Of a DNA stretch of 64,000 bases, positions 12,321-22,532 are shown one piece after another. Position 1 is the first letter of the stretch. Each line of letters begins with the position of its first letter. The notes under the pieces were generated by a model. The model saw only the letters and a program-made list of their open reading frames with translations, was not told the origin of the DNA and ran no database searches. The translations under genes and the position numbers were made by a program. Source of the stretch: a virus; IMG/VR virus record IMGVR_UViG_3300050505_000464; one strand, written 5' to 3'.

Positions 12321-14915
12321 CACCCACCATGCCCATTGCGCTCGTCTACATGATCATCCCTGCCTACCTGCTCGTCGGCTGCCTCATCATGCTGGCCGCC
12401 AACGAGTGCCTCGACGGCTGCGTGACCCGCATGGAATTCGTGCGCGGCATGTTCCTGTGGCCAATCCTGCTCACCTACGTGACGCAAAACTGCTACCTCG
12501 ATCTCCGCGCGCAGCGCCGCCGCGCGCTCTTGAGGCGCCGTGGCTAAAGCCGCCATCACCACCGATCTGTCGCACGCCATCGAGGCGCTCGCGCACTTTG
12601 CGCCGTACTCGACACACCCCGACCGCCGCCTCTGGAAGAGCATCATGCTCAACCTCCACGAGGTCGAAGCGGTGCTGCTCACCATGGAGGCATTCGCACC
12701 CGGAAAGCTCCGCCTGCTCGAGGCCGCCGCCTGCGACGAGCTCCACGTCGAGCACGCCGACCCGATCCAGGAGGTATCAGACCTGGTGGATCGCTACTGC
12801 TCGAGGCGGGAGAAGCTCCGGTGAGCGTCCACGTTGCCCGCGCCGAGCGCGCCCTGATCATCGCCGCTCGAGAAAAAGCCCCTCTATCTATTTTGCGGAT
12901 CTACGCGGCGGCGTACGGCAACTGCATCAGCCTCAGCAAGCTCCCGGCAGAGGCCACGACCCTGCTGCACACTTGTGAATCCTGCACAGATCCCGCTGTG
13001 CACGGCGAATGGCATTTCGGCAAATCGCGTTTCTGGTGCGTCGAGCACACCCCCATGTCGGGGCACTGGGAGCACTGCGGCACGCCCTGCGAAGCGCTCT
13101 GCTGTGGAGACCTCCCATGAACGCCCGCATCCTGCCCGCGTCGCACAATGCCCTCCTCCGCGCCGAGGATGCCCGGCGCGAGTGCCTCGCCCGCATCGAC
13201 GAGCGCTTCGGATGGCTGAAGCGCCTGGTCGCGCTCCAGGGCGGCGCCGTCGAGTCCCTCGAGCCCCATCAGCGCCTGCTCTGGCATGCGCGCGAAAGCG
13301 TCGTCGGGACGTACAACCGCGTCAGCCAGATCCCGAACCTCGAGCGGCGAGAGCGGGCGTACCGCCGGCTCGCGGCGGAATGTACGAGGCTCCGGTGACC
13401 GACTATACCCGCGCCTTTCCCGTCGAGTCCTACCGCTATCGAGTCATGACCGAAGAGTGCCCGCGCTGCGGAGCCCGTCCTGACCATCACTGCTCCGAAT
13501 ACGTAGAAAACGTGCAGTACCGAGGCGCATTTAGTCGCCAGCCGGTGCACCCGCACCTGATCCGCCAGTCGCCTCCCACGAGCGCTGAGCCATGAGCAGG
13601 CGCGCCATGCTGCTGCTCAACTGCACGCGTTGTGACGACGTGGTGAAGCTCGTCGAGAAGGTGCGGACCTGCGAGTGCGGCGCAGCGCGGGGCAAGCTGA
13701 GCGACAGCGGCGAGGTCGAAGCGCTTGGATCCGCCCGAGTGCTCGCCATCAACTGGAGATCGTACGACGGACTTGGGGGTGGTGGAGAGGGGGCAATCGG
13801 CGTTCTGCCGCAAGCTCAGTACCGAGCGAAAGGCAGCGAATGAGCTTGCCCGCCGATGATGAGATGGTATCCACCATGCCAGATGGAGGGACTATGGTCG
13901 ATTTAGACACGCCGATGCTGTTCTCAGGGGCACTGATGATTCGCGTCAACGGTGGTTGCCTGCGTGTAGCAACACTTCGCGCCGTACAAGAAATTCTCGC
14001 CAAGAATGGCCTGGATCTGTGTCCTAAGGGTACGGTCAACTGGACAGAAAACTACCCCCTGCGAGAAACCCTCGCAAAAAGGGAGGCGGAGTTGCTCCAG
14101 GAGCTGGAGACACTGCGCGAGCGCATAGGAAAGAACTCGCACCGATGACCATTCCCGATGACTTCTCCTGCGTCGCCGATGCTCTCGACTGGAAACCCGG
14201 AGATCCCGCTCCGACTGAAGCACTGGAGCGCATCCGGAAAGAATTCGACGCGCTCCGCGCGCAGCTGCTCCAACTCGAGCTGAGCACTGCATCAGCAACA
14301 TCCGCGCCCATCCCGCCCTACGACCAAGGCTTCCGCGACGCCCTCCTCACCGTGAAGGCACGCCTCACCGCGATCCTCTCCGACCCGACTGAAACGCAGC
14401 CGCTCGCGCACCTAGAAAAAAACCTCAATACCCTCATCGATCGAGCCAACCTCGACCTGTGGAAGCTGTTCGCCGTCGCCGAGGCCGATCTCTCCGTACA
14501 TCCCGAAGCCGAGGCCCTGCGCGCCATGCTGCGCGCTCCGACGGGCGTGCTCATTGACTCCGCCGGACGCATGCTCTTCGTACGCCTGAACGGCACCGAG
14601 TATGACACGGGGGTGCTCGCGCTGCTCGATGAAGTCGCACGGCTCAAGTCCGCTAACCAGGCTTTGCGCGAAGGTGCAGCGATCCTCTCGCGAGCTGCTC
14701 GGCCCATGGATTTTATGACGGTAGTCATCAATGGGGTGCATTGTCGCGTCGAACGCTTCAAACCGATGACCTATGAGAGCTTGGTGTTGCTCTCTGGTCA
14801 GCGCAATGCCGCCATCACCTACCGCGGCGAGGGGATGTGGGGTAAATTCGAGGGCACGCTCACGCCTGGCGGGTCAATCGTCGTGCCACCGGATACAGTG
14901 CTCAGGATCGAGTAG

Positions 14916-15641
14916 CTAGGCCTGATCCCGGTGCTTCGGGCAGTAGGGCCAGCCCTTCGGATCGAACTTCCACCCCGCCGCGAGCGCAGCCTCCTCCGCT
15001 TCATCCAGCGTTTCGCAGCCGGGACTCTCGGCGTAACAGGCGCGCGCATGGCAGCCGAAGTGCTCCCCTTCTGTTTCGGGAGCAGGGATGTGCTCCGGAC
15101 AATAAGTCCCCTCGTCGCCTATCGACCAGCCTGCCGTTCGGGCTGCCTGATCTGCCGCTTCAGCGGTGCGGCGCGCAGGGCTTTCAGCTAGGCACCCCGG
15201 ATGATCGCAGGCGCATAGGTGCTCGTCCTCCTCCTCCTCGTCGTCGTCTTTGTCTTCCTCACCCTCGTCCACATCAGATTCGTCTTCCTCCTCCTCGGGC
15301 TCTTCGTACTCGTTGGCGCTCTTGAGGATACCCTCGAAACTTTCAATCGCTGTATCGAGCGCCAAGTGCACCGACTCGAATGCGGCATCGACGATGAGCG
15401 CGTCGAGATCCAGCTTCGGATCGACCATCACCGGGGCAATCTCGGCGTCCTCATCGAGCTCATGTGAGATCTCGTCCCATTTTTCGAACTCGGCGCTGAT
15501 CGCGTCGTTGCACTCGAATACTGAATCGAGCGCGGATAGTACCGTCTTCTCACGCGCCTTGAGCGTCGTCTGGCAAGCACGGAGACGCTTGAGCAGCGCT
15601 TCGGTTGCCTTGCCGAGCTTCTTCGCGTCGCTTTGCTTCAT
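14916..15641 (-). CDS. Acidic hypothetical protein with two tandem C-x4-C...GW...YCPxH putative Zn modules
   Basis: Helical N-terminus, poly-D/E linker, repeats CDHPGCLAESP..AGW..YCPEH and CHARACYAESP..AGW..YCPKH. Stop codon abuts the stop of the + strand arm. Confidence 0.6.
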   Translation of the reverse strand: MKQSDAKKLGKATEALLKRLRACQTTLKAREKTVLSALDSVFECNDAISAEFEKWDEISHELDEDAEIAPVMVDPKLDLDALIVDAAFESVHLALDTAIESFEGILKSANEYEEPEEEEDESDVDEGEEDKDDDEEEEDEHLCACDHPGCLAESPARRTAEAADQAARTAGWSIGDEGTYCPEHIPAPETEGEHFGCHARACYAESPGCETLDEAEEAALAAGWKFDPKGWPYCPKHRDQA

Positions 15642-16505
15642 CTATTCCTCGACGAAGCCAGGTGGCGGTTCGTCGACTTTCGCAAGCACGCGCTTGATGT
15701 CGACCCACATGCCGCTTCCCTGCTGATCTTGCCAGTACGAGTTCGACGCCTCCATCGCTTCGTGGAAGCAGGCGTAAAGATCTTCGTCCGACACCTCACT
15801 CGCATCCCCCGTAAACTTCGCCTCGAGCCCCTTGCGGAATTCGCTCTCTGCCCAGTTGTTCCAGGCCTCTTCGGATTGCTCTTGTTCGAGCTCGGAGAGG
15901 GACTCATCGTCGATGGACGGGTAGTCGTCGAGCGCTGCCAGCGCTTCCACGATCTCGTCAGGCGTCGTGTAGACGTTAAAAAAGATCGCGTATGTCCCGT
16001 GTCCACCATGGGCCGTCACGTAGAATTGGTTACCGTGCTCCTCTTCGAGCTCTCGGGCCATCTCGCACAACTGATTGTAGTTGTTCAGGTGGACAGTCCC
16101 ACCCGAGTAGTCGCTGCCGACCGAGTAGTCAGAGCCCCACCAATCACCATTTTGATCTCGGTGCACTCGACCATACGAGACTCCCGCGGCGCCTGCGTCC
16201 TCTGCGTCGATGTCGTAAAAATCTCCCTGCTGGAGATCTTCGAAGCGCGCCCGGGCGTCTGGGTCATTGCCTGCGTTACGACGGTGACGAGGGTTCACGA
16301 CGAGATCTCGCGAGCTGCCCCGCCACGTGCCGCGCTTCTCCGGATCGAAGGGCTTCTCGGCGACGCGGTGCTCGCGCGCCAGGCGCCGCACGCGGTCAAG
16401 GGAACTCTCCCGGCTGGCACCCGCGCCAGCTGGCGAGTGCAAGCGGTGGCGGAGCGGGGGAGGAGCGACCGGCAAACGGTTTGCGCGCAGGCGGGAACGG
16501 GGCAT
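15642..16505 (-). CDS. Hypothetical protein (basic N-terminus, acidic C-terminus)
   Basis: 287-aa ORF directly abutting the next gene; start codon uncertain. Confidence 0.55.
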   Translation of the reverse strand: MPRSRLRANRLPVAPPPLRHRLHSPAGAGASRESSLDRVRRLAREHRVAEKPFDPEKRGTWRGSSRDLVVNPRHRRNAGNDPDARARFEDLQQGDFYDIDAEDAGAAGVSYGRVHRDQNGDWWGSDYSVGSDYSGGTVHLNNYNQLCEMARELEEEHGNQFYVTAHGGHGTYAIFFNVYTTPDEIVEALAALDDYPSIDDESLSELEQEQSEEAWNNWAESEFRKGLEAKFTGDASEVSDEDLYACFHEAMEASNSYWQDQQGSGMWVDIKRVLAKVDEPPPGFVEE

Positions 16506-16548
16506 GCCATGAAGGGTACCTGAGCCGAGCCGAGGCGGTCAATTTCTA

Positions 16549-16581
16549 GGGGTGAGAGGGGGCGAGGGGGCGAGGGGGCGA
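16549..16581 (+). repeat. (GGGGGCGA)x3 tandem repeat; G-quadruplex-type motif
   Basis: G-runs at 16549-52, 16558-62, 16566-70 and 16574-78 in an intergenic spacer. Confidence 0.7.
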
Positions 16582-16591
16582 GCTGCAGGAA

Positions 16592-16915
16592 TCAGGACTG
16601 AGCCGGATAGTACCGGGTCGAGCGCGTCTTCCCCTCTTTCCGGACTTCGCCCGCGTCCAGCAGCCGAATCATGGACAAAAATAGCTCCTTCGGGGAGCGG
16701 CGAACGATCTCGCTCAACTCCTCGATCGTGCTGCCGGGAGCGTCGGTGACCCAGCGGAATAGATGCTTCGCTAGTCTGTCGACCTCTTGGGTCGAGCGCT
16801 TACGCCGTCGATTGACTTTGGCCTCATGCCGCATCTTCGCCTGACTTGGATGCTCGATCGCGAACAAGATCTCCTGGCGGATCTGCTCGCGCAAGACCGT
16901 CTCCACGTTGCTCAC
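16592..16915 (-). CDS. Small winged-HTH DNA-binding protein, myxobacterial nucleoid-protein-like
   Basis: Basic linker (RRRKRSTQEV) then PGSTIEELSEIV..SPKEL...L...GEVRKEGKTRSTRYY. Resembles by recall a Polyangiaceae family ending in KG.KRAT.Y. AAGGA RBS before the GTG. Confidence 0.55.
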   Translation of the reverse strand: MSNVETVLREQIRQEILFAIEHPSQAKMRHEAKVNRRRKRSTQEVDRLAKHLFRWVTDAPGSTIEELSEIVRRSPKELFLSMIRLLDAGEVRKEGKTRSTRYYPAQS

Positions 16916-16959
16916 GAATTCCTTGCACAGGTTCCTGAGGGAATTTTTTCATGTTGATG

Positions 16960-16987
16960 CCTACGCTTTCGAGTCCCCAGATCTTCC
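16960..16987 (-). promoter_or_regulatory. Putative ECF-sigma-type promoter, copy 8 (minus strand)
   Basis: Reverse complement reads GGAAGATCT...CGTAGG, spacer 17; an ATG at 16952 lies 8 nt downstream; the wHTH gene starts at 16915. Confidence 0.6.
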
Positions 16988-17017
16988 CCTGTGGCTTGAT
17001 CCGCATCCCGAGCACCA

Positions 17018-18642
17018 TCACCCTTTCTTCCATCGGCCGCGCCCCGCGAACGGCCGCCGCTTGTCGCACAGCACGCAGCGCTCACCGGTGACGAAGTTCG
17101 CCTGGGAGCCTTTCGTTTGCCACTGGTAGCGAAACGTCACCGGGTGCGAGCAGTCGTCGCCGAGCGCCTCTTGGGCTTGCTGAAGGCGCTCGAGGAGGCG
17201 GGATTCGTTCCGCTTGAGGGCGTCGCGGGCGCGGAGGACAGCGCGCTCTTTGCGGGTGGGGACGCGGGGCTTCATTGGGATCTCCGGGCGCGCTCTGCGG
17301 CGAGCCAGGCGTCAAGCCGGGGCCAGTCGCCGGTTTCCACGTCTCCCGATGACTCGAACAACAGCCTGCTCGCCTCCTGGAGATGCGCGCGATCGAGTAG
17401 CGCGACAGTGAGCCGCTCGACGCATTTGTCCATTTCGTCGCGAGACTTTTTGTTGTGATTCGGGTGAGCCGCCGCTAGCGAATGAAGCGCAGCCACATCA
17501 CAAGCTAGGCAGTAGTCGTAGCCCGAATGCACCGACTTACCCCGACTCCACTCGGGACAAGTGTGCGATAGCTCTACCATCGCGGAATCGATCATTCTTC
17601 CTCGTCGCTGTCTTCTGGGTGCGCGTCCACCGCATCGATCACGAACACCGACTCTTTTTCGACCGAGAGCGCGAGCGACGCTTTCTTGATGGTGCCGATG
17701 ATCGGATCTTCGTCGTCGAGCATGTCGAGGTGCACCTCGATCTCGGTATTGTCGGGGACTTTGGCGAGGAGGGTTTTGAGCTGGCCTACGGTCATGAGGG
17801 ATCCTTTGGTTGGGGCGGACTAGGAATCAATCAGTGAATCTGGTTAGCTACCACGACGAGGCTCGATGCTCTTCAGGCGTACCTTTTCGATCTCGTCAGC
17901 GAGAGCCCGAAAGGTTCCGGCGGTCAGGGCCGCATTGTCCGCGGTCACTTCCAGGCGCCACCACTCCTCACGCCGGCTCTCGAGTTGGGTCTGACCGCCC
18001 ATTGAGGTACTGTTCGTATAGCGCGCGCCAGGCAACTCGAACTCGATCACCAGCTTGGATTCAAAAAGCACTTTCATCATGTTTCTCTTTCGTGAGTGGA
18101 TAGAGTCAGTCGGTAAACCCTGGGTGCGCGAGCGCAGCTTCGGCGTCGAGCTCAGCCCGCAGCTGAGCGACGAAGAGCGGCCAGAGTTCTTTTACGAACA
18201 TCTGCACCCATATCGGGACGCGAAACCGAAGGACTTCGCTCGCGCCGTAGTTGACGAGCTTCGTCTCTTCGAAGTACCACTTCGAGCGCGAGTACTCGTC
18301 GCTCCAGTCAACCTCGCAGACAGCTTGCCACTCTTCGCGCGCAGTTTCTTTGTCGATCGAGCGATCTCGGCGATTGCTTAGCACGAGGTTTCGGGCGTTG
18401 CGCTCTGTCGCGCGCGCATCGAACTCCTCTTCCCCCGCCTTGAACTTGCTCATCAGGTAGTCCGGCCCGCACCCCGTCAAGAACCGCCGAAACTCGCAGC
18501 CCGGCGACCCAAACCAGTACCCGAAATCGCCATAGTCGCTCAGGACCGAGATGCACCCGTCGTCGGTGATCCAGATCCGAGCCCACTCGCTACGATTCTG
18601 CACGCGTACCTGGTAAAAGCGGGTCTTCGGTGAAGGATTCAT
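17018..18642 (-). other. Cluster of small hypothetical ORFs (17018-17275, 17272-17595, 17592-17795, 17844-18080, 18106-18642)
   Basis: Co-oriented ORFs with overlapping stop/start codons. Confidence 0.6.
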
Positions 18643-19133
18643 CGGAAAAATCTGTCCAGGTACAAGAGCCCGCTCATCACCCAGCGCGCGTCGTCGAGCG
18701 CGTTGTGCTCGGTGCCTTCCGGCTGCGCTGGCAAGTCCGACGAGCGGAAGTCGTAGTCGTCGAGGCGCTGCTTGAGATCTCGGCAGTACTTTGGCCAATC
18801 CGGCGGCAGGTCGACCATCCTCCCGAACAGCTGGCAGAGCACGACCCAGTCGTAGTCCGCGTAGTACGCCCAGAACTTCGGCACGGTCGTGCCCGAGCGC
18901 ACCAGCGCTACGATGTCAGCCCGGATCTGCGAGCGCGACTTCCAGAGCGGGTCACCCGCTGGCGGGAGCTTGTTGAGGACGTTCGAGCGGACCCAGTCGT
19001 TGCAGTGCAGCGGATCGAATTCTCGGCTCACGGCGTAGTATTCGTGACCTTCGTTCGAGACGAGGCCGATGCTGATGAGCTCGATGGTTTTGCCGTCCTC
19101 ATCGAATTCCGTGTCGAACGCCCAGATCGTCAT
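18639..19133 (-). CDS. DEDD-family 3'-5' exo(ribo)nuclease, Rv2179c-like
   Basis: FDTEF, LISIGLV, WAYYADYDWV and HNALDDA motifs; ATG at 19133 overlaps the upstream stop (ATGA). Confidence 0.85.
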   Translation of the reverse strand: MTIWAFDTEFDEDGKTIELISIGLVSNEGHEYYAVSREFDPLHCNDWVRSNVLNKLPPAGDPLWKSRSQIRADIVALVRSGTTVPKFWAYYADYDWVVLCQLFGRMVDLPPDWPKYCRDLKQRLDDYDFRSSDLPAQPEGTEHNALDDARWVMSGLLYLDRFFR

Positions 19134-19984
19134 AGCGTTTCTCCCTGCGAGATCCTCGTCACCGTCTTCTTCATCTGCCCATGCGCCAGGAACCCCACGA
19201 TGCCCTTGCGGCTCGACACGCTGCACAGCTTGCACGAGGCGCACGTCACGTCCTCCCGCAGTTGAGCGGGGCAGACCACGACGCGCCGACCACCGGGCGT
19301 CCGAATGTCTCCCGTCGCGTCAGCGGGCAGCACGACGACGACAGGCAGCCCAGACGCCCAGCAGGCGTCAGCTGCCTCAAGCGTGTCTGCCGACAGGTTG
19401 ACGGTGAAGCCGGCGGCGCTCGCGCGTCGGAGCGCTTCGTACGCCACTCGCTTGTGGGTGAAGGCAAAGCCGCGCTTGCCGCGGTTGGCGCGGACTAGCT
19501 CAGCGAGCTTCGCTTCATCGATCTCCTCGCCGGCTCCCGGGAGATCGCCCGCTACCGCATAGCGCCAGAGCTGCCCATCAGGAAGCTCGCTCACGCGCGC
19601 AACGAAGTCATCCCATGCAAGCCCCCGGTGCTCGACGTTCCGCCAATGATGGCCAGAGACGCCAAATTCCGCGAAGCAGCCCTTGCCGTAGAAGCCGCAC
19701 GACGGCGGGCACGTCTCGGGACTCACGATCGATGCCGGGATGCCGCCGAGCTTCTTGTTGCCGCTCTTCGGGATCCAGGTGACCCGCACGCCCTCTGGCG
19801 CCAGCACGCGCAGGAGCCGGCGTGGTTCGCTGCCGCGGATGCCGTAGTTGCCCGGCTTGTAGAGCTTCCTGCAGCTCGCGCAGACTCCAACAGGCTGTCC
19901 CTTCTTCCCCACGAACGCACTCGGCGGGTAGCCGCGCCCGCATTGATTGCAGGCGCGTTCTTCGGGCTGGACTTCCATTGCCAT
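19130..19984 (-). CDS. Cys-rich phage protein (Gp88-like family, by recall) with N-terminal Zn finger
   Basis: SGNKKLG...TCPPSCGFYGKGCFA, WRYAVAGDL and CPAQ...TCASCKLC motifs. Confidence 0.5.
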   Translation of the reverse strand: MAMEVQPEERACNQCGRGYPPSAFVGKKGQPVGVCASCRKLYKPGNYGIRGSEPRRLLRVLAPEGVRVTWIPKSGNKKLGGIPASIVSPETCPPSCGFYGKGCFAEFGVSGHHWRNVEHRGLAWDDFVARVSELPDGQLWRYAVAGDLPGAGEEIDEAKLAELVRANRGKRGFAFTHKRVAYEALRRASAAGFTVNLSADTLEAADACWASGLPVVVVLPADATGDIRTPGGRRVVVCPAQLREDVTCASCKLCSVSSRKGIVGFLAHGQMKKTVTRISQGETL

Positions 19985-20002
19985 CAGCTTACTATCACCG
20001 TG

Positions 20003-20428
20003 ATGGCAACACGTCTACCTAGAACTTCCATCAAGCGCAAAACCAAGCTCGCCCCAGGCGGTTACCTCAAGCGTTACACGCCGCTCCGTCCCGCGAGCAA
20101 GAAGACGATCGCAAAGAAGCGCGCGAAGCTCGGGCTTGCCGACGAAGCGTACCTCGCCTGGATTCGTACGCTCCCCTGCTGCGTCTGCCCGCTCGATGAC
20201 CGGACGCAGGCGCATCACCTGAAGCACGGGCGCGGGGATCGAAAGGGCGGCATGGGGATCCGGGTGCACGATCGACTCACGATCCCGAAATGCCCGCGGC
20301 ACCACCGACAGTTCCACGCGGGAACGGGCTTCTTCAAGGGCTGGGACAAGGAGCGGAAGCGGATGTGGCAGGAGGCATGGATTGCGCGGCTGCACAAGCG
20401 CTTCGCGAAGTTGAAAAAGTACGGGTGA
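20003..20428 (+). CDS. DUF968/Ref-like Zn-binding HNH-type protein
   Basis: YLAWIRTLPCCVC...QAHHL...GGMG..VHD..TIPKCPRHHRQFH. Confidence 0.7.
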   Translation: MATRLPRTSIKRKTKLAPGGYLKRYTPLRPASKKTIAKKRAKLGLADEAYLAWIRTLPCCVCPLDDRTQAHHLKHGRGDRKGGMGIRVHDRLTIPKCPRHHRQFHAGTGFFKGWDKERKRMWQEAWIARLHKRFAKLKKYG

Positions 20429-20497
20429 ATCGAGAGATCTTGCTTGACCACTGCTTGCGTGTTCAGATAGATCTTGCCTCCCAACGGGAGGGCAGGC

Positions 20498-20800
20498 ATG
20501 ATCACATCGTTCAAAGATCAGGGAACAGAAGACATCTACCACCGTATACACAGCGACGCGGCTCGCCGAACGCTCCATCCAAAGTTCTGGGAAAAAGCAA
20601 AGGACGCCTTGGATGTCATCCATGCCGCCAAGAACATCAACCACATCCGTGACTACCGCGCCTTTCGCCTGCACAAGTTATCCGGAAAAACTAAGGCCTG
20701 GTACACCGTGTCAATCGGGTACCGCGAACGAATCGTGTTCCGGTTTGAAAACGGCAACGCCGTCGACGTGTTCATCAGCGACAACCACTATGGAGACTAA
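20498..20800 (+). CDS. higB: HigB-like toxin (RelE/ParE superfamily)
   Basis: MITSFKDQGTEDIY N-terminus; RLHKLSG...YTVSIG..ERIVFRFENG pattern; 1 nt before the antitoxin. Confidence 0.85.
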   Translation: MITSFKDQGTEDIYHRIHSDAARRTLHPKFWEKAKDALDVIHAAKNINHIRDYRAFRLHKLSGKTKAWYTVSIGYRERIVFRFENGNAVDVFISDNHYGD

Positions 20801-20801
20801 C

Positions 20802-21092
20802 ATGCGCCTTCCGCTCAATCGCGCCCCCGCTCACCCTGGTGAATTCATCATCCGAGGGTTCATGATCCCGGAAGACATCACAGCTTCTGTCCTCGCTGAC
20901 GACATGGACATCACTGTGGATGAACTTCGACAATTGCTCAGCGCAGAAATTCCTTGCACCGAGCGTCTCGCCGAACGCCTCGCCGTCGCGCTGGGGACAG
21001 AAGCAGAATTCTGGATTTCCTCGCAACGTATCTATGATGCTTGGCTCCAACGCGAAGGCCTCTTCGATGGCTACTATCTCGCGGCGAACTGA
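20802..21092 (+). CDS. higA: HigA-like antitoxin (HTH-XRE)
   Basis: PAHPGEFI ... LAERLAVALGTEAEFWISSQRIYD signature. Confidence 0.88.
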   Translation: MRLPLNRAPAHPGEFIIRGFMIPEDITASVLADDMDITVDELRQLLSAEIPCTERLAERLAVALGTEAEFWISSQRIYDAWLQREGLFDGYYLAAN

Positions 21093-21824
21093 CCTCGACG
21101 CCTCTGCCGAGGATTCGGCTTTCGATGCCCTCGCTGAACAGATCCGGGAACTGGGCGCGCAGGGCGCCGGGCTCTCTGCCTGTGACTCGCGTGTTTATCT
21201 GTCCGTCTACCTGGATCGGCCTTCGCTTGGCGAAGCGTTACTCTATACCCTGCACTACCTACACGATAAGGGCGTGCTCATCAAAGGCGTCTCCGCGCCG
21301 AGAATCGAATAGCCATGGGACTATTTCCTATCCGCACCGAGATGAAAGGCACGACCAGCCGGTGGTGCCACCGCGTCGAGGCTAAATGCTCTGCGCGCAA
21401 GAAGCGTCGTCGTAACGACAAGCAAGCCGTTCGCGATCAGCTCGGGTCGGCGCTCAAGTCGCAGCGTCCGGCGGAGTAGTCGGCGCAGCCTCAGCGCGCT
21501 CGATCGCCCGCTCGATCTTCTCCGCCTGCAACGACAAATCGTCGGGGTGCGGCGTCTCCTTTGTGAGCCACGTCACGACCGTCCTCGCCTCGACGAGCGC
21601 TGCTAGTACCACTCGTACTACGCGCTCGTGCGCGGCATGTCCCACGCGCATCTCACTGAAGTAACCGTCGGCGCGCCCGAGCATCCGCTCAGCCGAATCG
21701 ACCGCCGTCTGGAACTGCTCCGACTCGCGCTCGATCGCTGAGCACAAGCGCGCGCTCCGCGCGATGAGGCGCACCGCCCTCAGGCACGAGCTCCGCGCGT
21801 CGAGATCCATGTCTCAGGTTTGGA

Positions 21825-22205
21825 TCAGAGGCCCGGGACGACTTCGACCGTCGTCGCGTCGAGCTCGTAGTACGTCGCGTTTTGAAGCGTCTTGACGAGC
21901 ACGCACTCTTTGGTGTTGTTGCGGTTGTAGGCGTCGACCACGACCGCGTTGTAGGACGAAGAGCCATCCGTCACGACCACGACCTTGCCCATCAAACCGA
22001 GCGTCGTCGTATTGGCCGCGAACAGCTCATCGAGCACGCCGAGCGGCACCGTCGCTTGCTGGCCGTTTTCCCAGTCGATGACGTAGGGGCCGCCGCCGGC
22101 TGTCTCGCTCACCCCAAACACCGGCGGCTGGGCGGTCACCTGCCCGAGCACGAGGTTATTTCCAGTGACCTTCAGCGCGACACGACTTCCGATTCCAATG
22201 GCCAT
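21825..22205 (-). CDS. Beta-rich hypothetical protein (possible tandem SH3/KOW-like halves)
   Basis: 126 aa, Val/Gly/Thr-rich, two similar halves (IGSRVAL.../MGKVVVV...). Confidence 0.5.
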   Translation of the reverse strand: MAIGIGSRVALKVTGNNLVLGQVTAQPPVFGVSETAGGGPYVIDWENGQQATVPLGVLDELFAANTTTLGLMGKVVVVTDGSSSYNAVVVDAYNRNNTKECVLVKTLQNATYYELDATTVEVVPGL

Positions 22206-22532
22206 CGACGGGAAGGCTACCGGGGATCGTGGGCCGGGGTCAAGTTCTTGGGTCGGGGCGCGTCGGGCGGTCCCAAGTGCCGTCTAATAGGCTCTGCACG
22301 ACGGAGAAGGTCTCGAGCAGGGAAGGCTCGAAGATCCCCTGGGCAATCATGTCCGCCACGTCATGACCGAGGCGGTAGGCGCAGATGCAGTCCTCGTAGC
22401 CTCGATCCCACTCCATGCGAGCGTCCTGGTCGCCCTGATGGCCACGCTCTTTGGCGGTCCTAAAGCTCGCTCTGTTTTCCGAGATCTCTTGGAAGGCCGT
22501 CCGAAAGCCCGACTCATGATACCAGGAGTCCA

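Larger units (their letters stand above)
10..14915 (+). other. Array of about 40 short co-oriented hypothetical ORFs (early/host-takeover type region)
   Basis: Contiguous + strand ORFs such as 267-563, 563-796, 793-1221, 1236-1580, 1577-1855, 2009-2710, 2707-2961, 3535-4002, 4087-4608, 4645-4938, 4947-5258, 5288-5596, 5605-5883, 6215-6415, 7599-9665 and 10829-14915. Many have 1-4 nt stop/start overlaps and CxxC motifs. Confidence 0.75.

Noticed and set aside
20435-20497. AGATCTTGC direct repeat and small hairpin upstream of higB
   Set aside because: Compatible with an ordinary TA operator/promoter; only two copies and nothing distinctive.
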